The notes below the pieces were generated by a model, which worked only from the letters and a program-made list of their open reading frames with translations, was not told the origin of the DNA and did no database searches. Below are positions 15,063 to 15,728 of a DNA stretch of 15,728 bases, in pieces. The first letter of the stretch is position 1. Each line of letters starts with the position of its first letter. Both the position numbers and the translations under genes were made by a program. The DNA is from Planctomycetales bacterium. GTDB lineage: Bacteria; 4484-113. The stretch is taken from NCBI GenBank assembly GCA_037445915.1, contig JBBIJQ010000046.1, positions 1 through 15,728 on the forward strand. The letters run 5' to 3'.

Positions 15063-15728
15063 TTAATCCTTCGAGGTAACTTTCACGGCCTGGTCGGGCG
15101 AAAGCACAAAGATGACCTGCTTCCCCATCGCGAAATACTGGCCGAGTTCGGGGTTGCCGTCCAGCAGTTTGAAGTATTCATCGCTGAACGCCTTGATCTC
15201 CTGGAGCTTCTGTACCTTCGGGTCGTAGCGGCTGTCAGTCCAGAAGCCGTCCTGCAGCACGAACGTAAGGTCGCCTTGATACTGGATATTCGTCACCTGC
15301 TGCTGATTGCCTTCTGCATCAAAATACGCCTGGGGCGCCATCGCAGCCTGGCCTGCGCCTGCATTTTGCCCCTTGAGATTCTGCGAGTTTTGCGCCTGGC
15401 CAACTCCGCCCGCGCCTACTTTGGCTTCGTCAAGGACGAACGCGTTGTCGCGCATCATTGACGCTTGCGCTTCTGCGGGCGCGAAGTAGTTGTTCTCCTC
15501 AAGTATGAGGAAGCTCGTGTATTCAGTGATGATGCCGTAGCGCTTACTCAGGCGGATAATTTCGTTGACAAGCTCATCATTCACGCCGTGCAGGCGTATT
15601 TCGTCTGTGAGGTAGCCAATCTTACGCCCTGCCCATATGCGCGGAACGAACTTGTGCGCTTCCTTGCCGGTGAAAGAAACGGGGAAACTATAAACCTTGT
15701 CTCTACCTTCAATCTTGCCCGCCAGCGT
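15063..15728 (-). CDS. 3' part of a VIT/vWA-domain (inter-alpha-trypsin-inhibitor-like) protein; starts beyond the window
   Basis: The frame is open from 15728 (TLAGKIEG...). FVPRIWAGRKIGYL..EIRLHG..ELVNEIIRLSKRYGIITEYTSFL is typical of the C-terminal region of bacterial VIT-vWA proteins. Confidence 0.75.
   Translation of the reverse strand, partial: TLAGKIEGRDKVYSFPVSFTGKEAHKFVPRIWAGRKIGYLTDEIRLHGVNDELVNEIIRLSKRYGIITEYTSFLILEENNYFAPAEAQASMMRDNAFVLDEAKVGAGGVGQAQNSQNLKGQNAGAGQAAMAPQAYFDAEGNQQQVTNIQYQGDLTFVLQDGFWTDSRYDPKVQKLQEIKAFSDEYFKLLDGNPELGQYFAMGKQVIFVLSPDQAVKVTSKD

Overview
A GC-rich bacterial chromosomal housekeeping region dominated by translation and RNA-metabolism genes. In order: the 3' end of an upstream ORF, a DUF6029-like outer-membrane protein and an amidohydrolase (+); an M28/glutaminyl-cyclase-like lipoprotein, type-2 ileS, tRNA-Leu(TAA), an S1-domain protein, tgt, an RluD-like pseudouridine synthase and rbgA (-); ispH, a YkvA/DUF1232-like gene and fmt (+); bshA (-); an initiator-type tRNA-Met(CAT) (+); and the 3' part of a VIT/vWA protein (-). 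No CRISPR array, transposase or prophage gene is visible. The strongest hidden signal is a complete ribosome-mediated attenuator in front of ileS: an unannotated 19-aa leader peptide with three tandem Ile codons, plus mutually exclusive 1:2, 2:3 and 3:4 (terminator) hairpins. Several translation-initiation oddities also cluster here. The conserved N-terminus of fmt has no ATG/GTG/TTG start and probably begins at CTG, the initiator tRNA departs from canonical identity elements, and extended -10 boxes sit 6-8 nt before start codons, suggesting leaderless mRNAs. A REP/REPIN-like palindrome doublet with compensatory changes lies between bshA and the tRNA. All calls come from manual motif reading and base-pairing; no database searches were run.
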